A DNA stretch of 63,162 bases, counting the filler. It is 6 parts of 6 records of this genome, joined end to end, with 100 filler letters (N's around TTAATTAATTAA, not from the genome) between each part and the next. Parts side by side here need not be neighbours in the genome. Positions count along the whole stretch, not along the records: positions 22,072 to 45,704 come from SRR31156797_18687; 5 more parts are not named here. The stretch is one strand, 5' to 3'. The notes beneath the pieces are model-generated. The model was given only the letters and a program-made list of their open reading frames with translations. It was not told where the DNA came from and made no database searches. Positions 36,896-45,224 of this stretch are shown here, in pieces. The translations under genes and the position numbers were made by a program. Within the stretch, counting starts at the first letter, position 1, and every line of letters begins with the position of its first letter.

Positions 36896-38908
36896 ATGAA
36901 TAAAGACCTGACAAGCAATACACGTGCAGACTACAACGACGACCGTACCCCTATTGAGGTAGGGCAGTGGTACTGGGTGCCAGGATATGAAAATGAAAAA
37001 TATAACCTGTCGTATTTTGGCTTAGTGGTGGGAGGACCTGAGGGTGCCCTTCTGATGTGTGTAACGCATGTTGGATCTAACTATGTTGAACTGGCCTCTC
37101 TGAGTAGCCAGCGTCATGGAAAGGCATCAAGGCGCATTCACCTTGAAAACTTCGATGAGAAAACTATATATGTCCCGAATGCTGAAGACCTGTTTCAAAA
37201 GTCTCTAGGACACCATCGAGGTGAGCTGAAGAAGTTGATGAATGAGGTTCGTAAAGTCACTGCGCTCCTTGGGGTCTCCGATAAAGAGATGATTGGAGAG
37301 CAGTCTGTAGAAGCAAACAGCACAGCGCTAGCCTTACAAAACTCAAATATCTCAGCTAGTGAATATAAGAAAGATCTGATTAGAGCAAAAGATCAAACTC
37401 TCCCAGATCTCTTCGAAAAGGTAAAGTCAAAAAATCAAGAGATTGCTACTCTTATGTCCCATGAAGTAGTTGCGCTTAGTGCAGTTATCGATGGTATGGA
37501 AGAGGTCAAAGGCGCAATTGAAAAGAGGATTTTCAATGTCTCCCTATATGCTGGACTGATTGAAGAAGTTACTTGCATACATGAAGGAGAACCGGGTGCC
37601 TTCCATGAACAAGTCCACCTTTTCCAGAAATGCCTTTATATGGATGAAGAGTGTTTGGTCAATTATGAAGCTGGCGGAATGGAGTTCCGTGACATCCAAG
37701 AGTTTGATGAATGGCTCTGTAGGCCTGAGTACATGCACAGGTATTTGCCTTATGAGAAGTGCATTGTCGCATTTCAGGTGAGACGGAATGTCAAAGACCG
37801 AGGACCTATTGAATCCATAGCTGATGCTTTCATTCGCTTCTATTTGGAGCAGAAGGATAAACTGACCTTCCTGTATATGAGGAACGGTGAGCAGGTATAC
37901 AGGCTCTCTACGGATCTGGAGTTCAGGGATCTTATTTTCCCAAGCTTGAAAGACTTTGATCCTTCATCCCCCATGACAGTCAAGCTGGATTCATGGGGCC
38001 GGGCTGAACGGTTTATGAACACTACCTCCTTCGAAAAGCTCAAAGCTGACGAAGATAAGGAAAATGAAGAGAGAAGACGAAACAGAGAGCAGTGGTTTAA
38101 GGATAATCCCGAAGACGAATGGAAGAAGCACGGGCAGAACAGGAACTTCAGTTACAAATATGCTAATCCCTTTGCAGAATGGGATAGTACTGAATATCAA
38201 AGTTCAAGTTGGGTACCTTTCAATAAATCTTCCGTGTACTACGATGACATCTCAAAATCACTGAGTGATAAGATTGAACACTACAACCGGATTGCTTTGA
38301 TCATGCAGGGACTTCTAGACAGATCTGAAATCTTTCACCCCCATCCTCCAATCAAGACATGGAAAGGAGACAGCTTCCAGCAGATGGTTAAGCTCATCTA
38401 CGATGGGGAGATGAACATCTATAATGGGGAGAAGCCTGACTTCGACGCCTACAAAGAGAAGTGTAATGCACAGATCAATCGTGACTCGGTGTTCTATGGT
38501 CAAGATGCGCTCTGGAAAAAGCATGTTCAGCGAGTAGAAAATGACAGAAGAGCTGGATCTTACAAGTACTACGGGGAGAATTGGCAGGTGAACGATAGGT
38601 GGACTCCTGAAGGAAACGACGGTCCCCAACGGATATCAAAGCCTGTCCGTATGAGTCGAGACCTCTCAAAAGCTACTTTCGAGTGGATGAGGAGAATTGA
38701 GAACTGGAGATCTGAAAACTACGGGACAGATAAAGTTGCACGTTTTACTGCACCAACTTCTGAACTGTTCAATGTCAGTGCATATCAGCCGGGTGATTTC
38801 AAGCAGTTCTTTGAGGACCCCAGAACTCGTGAAGAATACCTGAAATGGGCTCCCTTGCTTCTGGCTTGTGAGGACTATTATGCGCAGTCGGGGCGAGGAG
38901 GGAAATAA
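36896..38908 (+). CDS. Large phage hypothetical protein with coiled coil
   Basis: 670-aa ORF; LYAGL-E, YMDEECL, CIVAFQVRR. Confidence 0.8.
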   Translation: MNKDLTSNTRADYNDDRTPIEVGQWYWVPGYENEKYNLSYFGLVVGGPEGALLMCVTHVGSNYVELASLSSQRHGKASRRIHLENFDEKTIYVPNAEDLFQKSLGHHRGELKKLMNEVRKVTALLGVSDKEMIGEQSVEANSTALALQNSNISASEYKKDLIRAKDQTLPDLFEKVKSKNQEIATLMSHEVVALSAVIDGMEEVKGAIEKRIFNVSLYAGLIEEVTCIHEGEPGAFHEQVHLFQKCLYMDEECLVNYEAGGMEFRDIQEFDEWLCRPEYMHRYLPYEKCIVAFQVRRNVKDRGPIESIADAFIRFYLEQKDKLTFLYMRNGEQVYRLSTDLEFRDLIFPSLKDFDPSSPMTVKLDSWGRAERFMNTTSFEKLKADEDKENEERRRNREQWFKDNPEDEWKKHGQNRNFSYKYANPFAEWDSTEYQSSSWVPFNKSSVYYDDISKSLSDKIEHYNRIALIMQGLLDRSEIFHPHPPIKTWKGDSFQQMVKLIYDGEMNIYNGEKPDFDAYKEKCNAQINRDSVFYGQDALWKKHVQRVENDRRAGSYKYYGENWQVNDRWTPEGNDGPQRISKPVRMSRDLSKATFEWMRRIENWRSENYGTDKVARFTAPTSELFNVSAYQPGDFKQFFEDPRTREEYLKWAPLLLACEDYYAQSGRGGK

Positions 38909-38909
38909 C

Positions 38910-39092
38910 ATGGGAGAAATTTCGGATTTGATCATCGAGGGAATCCTCTGTGAAATCTGTGGCGTTGTCGTGAATACTGAGCCCGTAGGATACCCGGTTA
39001 GATGTGACAACTGCCTTCAGGAAAGGCTTGAAATGCCCAAGGGGAGTCATTCCCTGCTGAATGTTGATGCAGTAAAGAAGGGAGACTGTTAG
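38910..39092 (+). CDS. Small zinc-finger protein
   Basis: AGGAGG SD; MGEISDLIIEG-LCE-CG...GYP-RC-NC. Confidence 0.65.
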   Translation: MGEISDLIIEGILCEICGVVVNTEPVGYPVRCDNCLQERLEMPKGSHSLLNVDAVKKGDC

Positions 39093-39553
39093 TGGCTAGT
39101 GTCTTAAAGCATCCGGGTGGTGGCTATAGGGTATCTTGGTTTGACCCGGAGCACCAGTTGCATCAAGAGTACTACTACGGAGAGAGAGCCTTCTCCCTTG
39201 CACATCGACGAAAGAACGAGATTGAGAATCTCATTCCTGACGGTCGGTTAATCCCAAAGATTCAAAAGAAAAAAGGACGTGCAAGTAAGACAGGTAGGAT
39301 TGGTGTCTTTTACCAGAAGGGTTACAAAAAGACATCTGGAAAAGACGTTTACCCATATTACTATGTCAGTATTCATTATGACAGGAATGGTAATCAACGA
39401 AGAAGAACTGCGACCTTCTCTGTGATCAAGTATGGAGAAGAGAATGCTTTTAAGCTGGCCTGTGAACTTCGACAAATGTATGAAGAGTGTATTGATCCTT
39501 TTGATATGGAGAGGTTCTGGGATTTTAAAGATGCACAAAGAGAAGGTTGGTGA
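39092..39553 (+). CDS. AP2-like DNA-binding protein (paralogue B)
   Basis: S-TG--GV, TFSV-KYGEE-AF-LA---R AP2 motif. Confidence 0.65.
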   Translation: MASVLKHPGGGYRVSWFDPEHQLHQEYYYGERAFSLAHRRKNEIENLIPDGRLIPKIQKKKGRASKTGRIGVFYQKGYKKTSGKDVYPYYYVSIHYDRNGNQRRRTATFSVIKYGEENAFKLACELRQMYEECIDPFDMERFWDFKDAQREGW

Positions 39554-39554
39554 G

Positions 39555-39854
39555 ATGGAAGTCAAATCACTTAACGATCTTGCATGGGAACTTGCAGAGT
39601 ATCATTCGATTACCCTGTATGAATACCCCAACTTTGCAATCTGGGAAGAGGCTAAAAGTGGTGGGATTTTCAAGACATCGGAAGAGTGGGATGGTTGGAA
39701 TCGTCGACAACTGTGGTCCCTATTTAAGTCCATCATGGAGTTTCGAGCAGTAGAAGGTGATACAGAGTCAACTTATGGTAAGCATATTGATATGGCCGAC
39801 AAGACTCTGTTGGCGTTTAGAAAGATATTAGGAGTTCTTCAAGATGGGAGATAA
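39555..39854 (+). CDS. Phage hypothetical protein
   Basis: ATG 1 nt after previous stop. Confidence 0.6.
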   Translation: MEVKSLNDLAWELAEYHSITLYEYPNFAIWEEAKSGGIFKTSEEWDGWNRRQLWSLFKSIMEFRAVEGDTESTYGKHIDMADKTLLAFRKILGVLQDGR

Positions 39855-40053
39855 TTGGCTAGATGTATACAACGGATTGATACAAGGCTACCAATCCCGA
39901 ACAAATGAGAAATTTGAAGAGAATGTTCCTTTTCAGCCCCCAAAGAATGTTCAAGAGGCAAAAGAAAACATTTCATATCTGAGGAGCTGTTTTTACGATC
40001 TTCACACTGATGTAGATTGTTTTTTATCTCGGGGAATGGGAGAACTTGAATGA
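39844..40053 (+). CDS. Phage hypothetical protein
   Basis: AGGAG SD, coupled to neighbours. Confidence 0.55.
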   Translation: MGDNWLDVYNGLIQGYQSRTNEKFEENVPFQPPKNVQEAKENISYLRSCFYDLHTDVDCFLSRGMGELE

Positions 40054-40235
40054 ATGTACGGGAACTGAAAAATGCCATGATTCGTCTGGAGCGACATGGC
40101 TATAAAGAGGTGGAAGTGCATATGTTTGCACATGACCATGACTACGAAGCAGTGGATCAGGGTGTTGGAGAAGTCGTTTATGTGGACTTTGTAGAGCGTG
40201 AAGATGGTAGCGAAATTGTGGCCCTTCACCGATAG
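40050..40235 (+). CDS. Phage hypothetical protein
   Basis: ATGA overlap. Confidence 0.6.
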   Translation: MNVRELKNAMIRLERHGYKEVEVHMFAHDHDYEAVDQGVGEVVYVDFVEREDGSEIVALHR

Positions 40236-40259
40236 TCTGTAGAACAGGAGGTAGCTGAC

Positions 40260-40565
40260 GTGGAAGAGTATTTTAAAGCGGAGATTTATCAGGCGGGTGA
40301 CAGTAGTGTAGGGATCTGGGATTTTCATCATGTTCTTGATCTGGGCTACAACCGGGAGGATATTCTGGACCCGGATGAGCCCGAAGAGCGTGAAGCGCTT
40401 CGAAAGAAAGTTCTTGAGCTCTATAAAATGATCTGTGACCCGGGTAATCCGATTCAGGTGACCTTCTCGGATGAGTGCGCCTGTTGTGGTGCAAGAAACG
40501 GCGCAGAACATGCGTCATGGTGTGATGTTGATCTGGAAACACTGCCAGCCAGCGAGATAGCGTAA
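40260..40565 (+). CDS. Phage hypothetical protein with C-terminal Cys/His cluster
   Basis: AGGAGG SD, GTG start; GD-SVGI motif; CACC...H---C. Confidence 0.65.
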   Translation: MEEYFKAEIYQAGDSSVGIWDFHHVLDLGYNREDILDPDEPEEREALRKKVLELYKMICDPGNPIQVTFSDECACCGARNGAEHASWCDVDLETLPASEIA

Positions 40566-40570
40566 GCATC

Positions 40571-40750
40571 ATGGCTGTAATGTACGGAAAAAAAGAAATC
40601 GAAACATTGCGGGTTCTTCAAGGACAGTTTGATCCTGATTTGCCGTACGGAGGTAGCGAAGTTCTGGAAGTAATCGAAAATATGATTGAGCTTCTGAAGG
40701 ACGGTTTTTCTTTGGAAGAAATCAAAGAACAAGGCTGTGGAATTGGATGA
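40571..40750 (+). CDS. Small hypothetical protein (59 aa, absent from ORF track)
   Basis: MAVMYGKKEIETLRVL...; fills the gap in a + strand gene string. Confidence 0.5.
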   Translation: MAVMYGKKEIETLRVLQGQFDPDLPYGGSEVLEVIENMIELLKDGFSLEEIKEQGCGIG

Positions 40751-40816
40751 ACTTAACTTCTGATAATAGATCTTCCGTCTACATCTTGATTTACATATAT
40801 AGACAAAGGAGTATTT

Positions 40817-41125
40817 ATGCAAAATGATTATAAAAATTTGTCTTTGGGGGAACTTTATGTGATGCAACGCAAAATAAATAGTGCAATAAAATTGAAGGAG
40901 AGGCAAGAAAAGCGATTAGCTCAAAGAAAAAACATTAAAGCTGTGCGGGACAACCTTAAGATCCATCAATGGGTAGTTTGTTCATTTGGTCACGGTGGAC
41001 GTAAACAGGAGACCGGTCAGGTCATCTCTATTGGTATGGAAACGTTCAAGGCTATTCTACCTGATGGCTCCACACCAAATATCCCATATCATCGAATTTT
41101 GGAAGTGAAAAATGGAAATACTTGA
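40817..41125 (+). CDS. Phage hypothetical protein
   Basis: AAGGAG SD; N-terminal helix plus SH3-like strands. Confidence 0.65.
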   Translation: MQNDYKNLSLGELYVMQRKINSAIKLKERQEKRLAQRKNIKAVRDNLKIHQWVVCSFGHGGRKQETGQVISIGMETFKAILPDGSTPNIPYHRILEVKNGNT

Positions 41126-41849
41126 AACAACTGATTATTCAAAGTTCTCTTACATACATGGAAATAGGAATGTGGATGAATCACATGTAAACCAGCTAGT
41201 TGGGGCGATCAAAGAAACAAACCTATACAAGCCCCTCTATGTCACCCCCTCCTTACAAATCCTTGAGGGTCAGCATACACTGTCAGCGTTGGAAATCCTC
41301 AAGCTACCTGTGTATTATATTGTGGTTCCTGAAAGAACCCGCGCAACGTCTCTTAGGGACATTGGACTTTTGAACACAAAGACGAAACCGTGGACAGCTA
41401 AGGATTTTCTGAATAACTATGTGTCCCAGAATCTCCCCGCTTATGTTATATTTAAGCGGTTCATGAGTGACTTTGGCTACTCCCTTGCTGTGACACAGGT
41501 CATCTTCTTTCATCAGACTATTTATGGTGAAAAAGTTAATCGGAGCGTAGTCTTCCGGGATGGCCTGATGAGTATCAGCGAAAAACAAAAAGAGCAAATC
41601 TGGAATGTTGGTAAGATGATCCAACAAATGAAAGATACTACTTTAGGCTGTGATGGGATTATCGGAACAAAGAAAAGCATTGCCGCTCTTTTAGATATTT
41701 TCCATAGAAGTAAGTTCAGCATTACCCATTTCCTACAGAAGCTGGAGGAACGGCCTAACACTCTGCACTACGAGGAAAGCCTAGAAGCATATCTCTTTCA
41801 ATATTTGAGCATTTACAATTACAAAACACCAAGAATTGAAAGAATTTAG
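41112..41849 (+). CDS. ParB/Srx-like N-terminal domain protein
   Basis: TTDYSKF----GNR-V---HV--L...P--V...I-EGQH-L-A...PVYYIV. Confidence 0.72.
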   Translation: MEILETTDYSKFSYIHGNRNVDESHVNQLVGAIKETNLYKPLYVTPSLQILEGQHTLSALEILKLPVYYIVVPERTRATSLRDIGLLNTKTKPWTAKDFLNNYVSQNLPAYVIFKRFMSDFGYSLAVTQVIFFHQTIYGEKVNRSVVFRDGLMSISEKQKEQIWNVGKMIQQMKDTTLGCDGIIGTKKSIAALLDIFHRSKFSITHFLQKLEERPNTLHYEESLEAYLFQYLSIYNYKTPRIERI

Positions 41850-41865
41850 CTGAAATCTGATCGAT

Positions 41866-42186
41866 ATGCCCTGCCAACTATCATGGCATGGAGCATACTG
41901 GCGCACGAAGTGCAAACACATCAATCAGGTAGCCTCCGGGTTGAAGTTTCTAGTGGAAAAGAAGCTAGTTCAACCCGGAGGCTATAATCTTGACTGGGGA
42001 GGCGGTAAGTATGACAGCGGCACCCAGTATCTAAAATCGCACAACATTGAAAATGTAGTATATGACCCCTACAATCGGTCCCCAGTGCATAACCATAAGG
42101 AGATCCTTGACAACCTTCCGATCTCTGAATCACAGGTATTCCGCGATGGGAAGCTCCTTTTGATAAAGAAGTATTTGGACACTTGA
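41866..42186 (+). pseudogene. Short or internally deleted methyltransferase-like gene
   Basis: LDWGGGKYD and VYDPYNR present but only 106 aa. Confidence 0.45.
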
Positions 42187-42211
42187 CACCGTTTCGAGGT
42201 CATGTTAAGTT
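42183..42211 (+). promoter_or_regulatory. Class I promoter/operator
   Basis: TTGACA ccgtttcgaggtcatgt TAAGTT. Confidence 0.8.
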
Positions 42212-42234
42212 CTTATCACAGAGAGGAGAAAAAC

Positions 42235-43089
42235 ATGGCTAACGAGTTCATAAAAGTACTGGACAGAGAGACCAAACAGGATATCCGCCATTGGGCCAGA
42301 AGGTACAAGGGGTATGAAAGCCCCGTACGAACCTTCCTGAAGTGGTGTGAGGACTCGAACCGCTTTGAACTGACCATGGAGGTGTTGGCGGACTACCGGG
42401 ACTATATTGCTCCGAAGTACCAACCCTCCACTGTCAGGAACAAGCTCTCCTCTCTTAAAAGCCTATACAAATATTTGAGCTTTGCGGACGATAACCGAAT
42501 CTATGTAGACCATGACCTTTCTCAGATCCGCTCTGGAGTGCAAGTGCGGCACAACGGTGCACTTTCACATAGGATCTTCACTCATGAGGAACTGGACAAC
42601 TTCTATGTTAGTGCACGACGTGAATATCAGTGGGTGGTCCGTGCACTCTTCCACTCGGGTGTCCGTATTAGCGAGCTTCACCAAATGAATCTGAACCGGA
42701 TGGAGTACCGCCCTCATTTAGGAGAGTATGTTCAGACGGTAAAGACCAAGACGGGAGAAAGGGAGCTCCGCTTGTCTACACAGATCTTCGAAGCACTGGT
42801 TGCATTCTGGCAGGACTCTCGGGATGAAGAAGGGAACCTGTTTGGAATGAAGCTGAATACCTTCAACAAGGCGGTTAGCCGGGAGATCAAGCGCCATGGA
42901 GGTCATACTCTCTCCGCTCACTCTACACGTCATACCCTCGGCACCTATATGGTTGAAGCCGGAATTGACTACTCCGAAATTCAGCAGAGACTGGGACATT
43001 CTGACATATCCATCACCCTGCGGTTCTACGTAAAATCTCGCTACACTGAGGCTGGACAGAGGGTCATTGAAGGCCTGATCGGAGCATAA
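42235..43089 (+). CDS. Tyrosine recombinase (XerC/D-like)
   Basis: SGVRISEL, TK, HSTRHT, LGHS-I--T--Y catalytic set; SAM-like N-domain. Confidence 0.88.
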   Translation: MANEFIKVLDRETKQDIRHWARRYKGYESPVRTFLKWCEDSNRFELTMEVLADYRDYIAPKYQPSTVRNKLSSLKSLYKYLSFADDNRIYVDHDLSQIRSGVQVRHNGALSHRIFTHEELDNFYVSARREYQWVVRALFHSGVRISELHQMNLNRMEYRPHLGEYVQTVKTKTGERELRLSTQIFEALVAFWQDSRDEEGNLFGMKLNTFNKAVSREIKRHGGHTLSAHSTRHTLGTYMVEAGIDYSEIQQRLGHSDISITLRFYVKSRYTEAGQRVIEGLIGA

Positions 43090-43102
43090 GCACTATGAGA
43101 GT

Positions 43103-43612
43103 ATGGAATATGTAGATTTTGATTGGAATAAGTGGGCCGTAGAAGGTCAGAAGAAAATGGATGCTGAAGAACAGGGCCTTCGTCTGAAAGAAAAGGAACA
43201 GATAGAGACTTTAGCTCAGCTCGAAGCAAAATTAAATTCTGCACTTGAGGAGTTGGATTGGGACACCATCTGGGCTACTGAAAAGCAGATCAATGAGATC
43301 AAAATTTCCAACCACCAGATAGAAACAGACCGCACTCGGATCATGACTGAAGAGCAGAAGATCAGGTACAGTTGGTTGACGGGTGCAGATCGGAAGAAAC
43401 TCAAAGAGCTACAAGGATTTATTGGGATACTGGATCATGCACGGTACATCATGAGTCAGCAACCCAATGACCCTCAGCAGATCGAGAATGCCGGAAGGTA
43501 TGTGATGTCCATGGCAAAGAAAAAAGGGTGCTCTCAGCACACCCTGATGCACTTCCAGCCCTGTATAAATGCCATGGTAAAAGCAGAGCTAAAGTCTCGC
43601 TCCCTCAAATAA
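43103..43612 (+). CDS. Phage hypothetical protein, leaderless class III start
   Basis: CACTAT-GAGAGT-ATG. Confidence 0.68.
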   Translation: MEYVDFDWNKWAVEGQKKMDAEEQGLRLKEKEQIETLAQLEAKLNSALEELDWDTIWATEKQINEIKISNHQIETDRTRIMTEEQKIRYSWLTGADRKKLKELQGFIGILDHARYIMSQQPNDPQQIENAGRYVMSMAKKKGCSQHTLMHFQPCINAMVKAELKSRSLK

Positions 43613-43614
43613 AA

Positions 43615-43673
43615 TTCTCTAAAAAATCGACTCATCCTCTACTTAGAACTATAAAACCGGGAGTGTAGCTCCC
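43615..43673 (+). promoter_or_regulatory. Tandem class II and class III promoters with 5' hairpin
   Basis: TTCTCTAA(43615)-17-TACTT(43640); ACTAT(43648)-AAAACC-GGGAG TGTAG CTCCC(43659-43673). Confidence 0.7.
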
Positions 43674-43705
43674 AAGAAAAGTTCTAAGCAAAAGAGGTTT
43701 ACTAA

Positions 43706-45178
43706 ATGAGTAATGCTGATGCATTCGCAAATGCCAGAAAGAGAAGAGCGGCTGAAAGACAAGTTGAGCAAGATCGCAAAAATGGAAATTATGGAGGGAA
43801 CTTCGAGGAGACCCCCTATACTCCTCTGATCACCAACGGTTGGAAGGCATTTCGCCTCCTTGGTCTGCCAGTAGGCACCGAGGGAAGGACCCCCACCGAT
43901 CCCAAGCTTATTGAGAGCTCTATGATTCTGGCGGACAACGAAAAGAAGTTCCGTGTGACATGGGATACCAATGAAAACTGGATTCTGAGAAGAATCTACA
44001 ATCTGGTACTGGCGGGTAAGTGGAACTCCACCACCAACTCCAAGGATTATGACTATGCCAATCGCTGTCCTACCATCTTCCAGAGAGTCTACAAGAACTC
44101 CAATCCTCAGAACCAGTATGAGAACGGCTGGAGGCCCACCAAGTTCGTTGTGCAGAATGTAATCGACTTGTCGATGCTGGATAGTCACAGCGAAACCGGG
44201 ATGGCAAAGATCCTTTCCAAGAAAGAACCCAAGCCCAAACCCGGACAGGAAAGACTGTTCTACGAGCGGGGTTACGCCCCTACCCTGTACAACATGATCT
44301 GGGATAACATCGTAGAGTTCATGGATGACTGGGAAGGCTACAATGTGGCCGTGAAGAAGCTGACGGACGATCCTTGGTACAAGGCCTACCCCGCAAACAG
44401 CTCTGACCTAAAGATGTTCCTGACTCAGGAAGATCCTACCCTGCTGGCTCTCCTCGAAGATCAACAGGTGAATGACCGAGTGAGCGAAATGGTAAAATCT
44501 CTGAAGAGAGTGGATATCGACAAGATCACTCAGGTCACCAGCTACACCAAAATCATGAACAAGCTTGGTGGATTCATTAAACAGGTTGATGAGTATTTCG
44601 GTAGAAATTTCTACGTGGAGCTGGAGAGTGAAGTGGCCCGTGAAAAGGCCCTGTGGGATTCTCAGAAGGCACAGCAGGCCGATGCCAATGGTACCGTTGC
44701 TGATCCTACGATGGCTGGACACCAGCATGTGACTCCTCCCCCTGCGGCTCCCGTTGCACAGGGAACTGTCGCTCAGCCTGCTCCAGCACCTGTACAGACC
44801 TATAGTGCACCTGCAACACCTCCTCCCGCACAACCTGTGGCCCCCCAAGGAGGTGCGCCTGCGGCACAAGCGGCTCCTGCGCCCACCACTCCGGTAGCGC
44901 AAACTCCCCCCATGGAGAGACCTGCTCCCGCCGCACCTGCACCTGTGCAAAGTGCGGAATACCCCGGCCTGAGTCCGGAGTATAAGGGAATGCATCTTCT
45001 GTCCCTCGAAGAGAAGGCCGTAATCCGGGGAGTAACCCCCACCGGTGATCTGGACTTTTTTGAGGCCGATGCCGCAGGGAACCCTGTGACTCTGATGCGC
45101 TGTTCATGCCAAGGCGTGAGCCCCGCATCCTATTCTGTATGCCCGAAGTGTGGAATCACCTTCCAGCAGGCGGCGTAA
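43706..45178 (+). CDS. Putative gp32-like single-stranded DNA-binding protein with Pro/Ala linker and C-terminal zinc ribbon
   Basis: Basic N-terminus, AFRLLG, W-P-KF-VQNVID, EGYNVAVKK....Y pattern resembling the gp32 core; PAPA-rich tract; CSC...CPKC. Confidence 0.55.
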   Translation: MSNADAFANARKRRAAERQVEQDRKNGNYGGNFEETPYTPLITNGWKAFRLLGLPVGTEGRTPTDPKLIESSMILADNEKKFRVTWDTNENWILRRIYNLVLAGKWNSTTNSKDYDYANRCPTIFQRVYKNSNPQNQYENGWRPTKFVVQNVIDLSMLDSHSETGMAKILSKKEPKPKPGQERLFYERGYAPTLYNMIWDNIVEFMDDWEGYNVAVKKLTDDPWYKAYPANSSDLKMFLTQEDPTLLALLEDQQVNDRVSEMVKSLKRVDIDKITQVTSYTKIMNKLGGFIKQVDEYFGRNFYVELESEVAREKALWDSQKAQQADANGTVADPTMAGHQHVTPPPAAPVAQGTVAQPAPAPVQTYSAPATPPPAQPVAPQGGAPAAQAAPAPTTPVAQTPPMERPAPAAPAPVQSAEYPGLSPEYKGMHLLSLEEKAVIRGVTPTGDLDFFEADAAGNPVTLMRCSCQGVSPASYSVCPKCGITFQQAA

Positions 45179-45181
45179 CCG

Positions 45182-45212
45182 AAAAAGCCTCCCTTCGGGG
45201 AGGTTTTTTTTT
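45182..45212 (+). terminator. Rho-independent terminator
   Basis: AAAAAGCCTCCC-TTCG-GGGAGGTTTTTTTTT. Confidence 0.88.
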
Positions 45213-45224
45213 GACTATTAAGGC

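Noticed and set aside
29885-42211. Class I repeats as a CRISPR array or integron attC sites
   Set aside because: Copies are 0.6-7 kb apart, sit upstream of genes in promoter geometry and lack attC R-box structure; no cas or intI gene seen
44700-44960. Repetitive GC-rich stretch with long antisense ORFs
   Set aside because: Explained by the Pro/Ala-rich linker codons of 43706-45178
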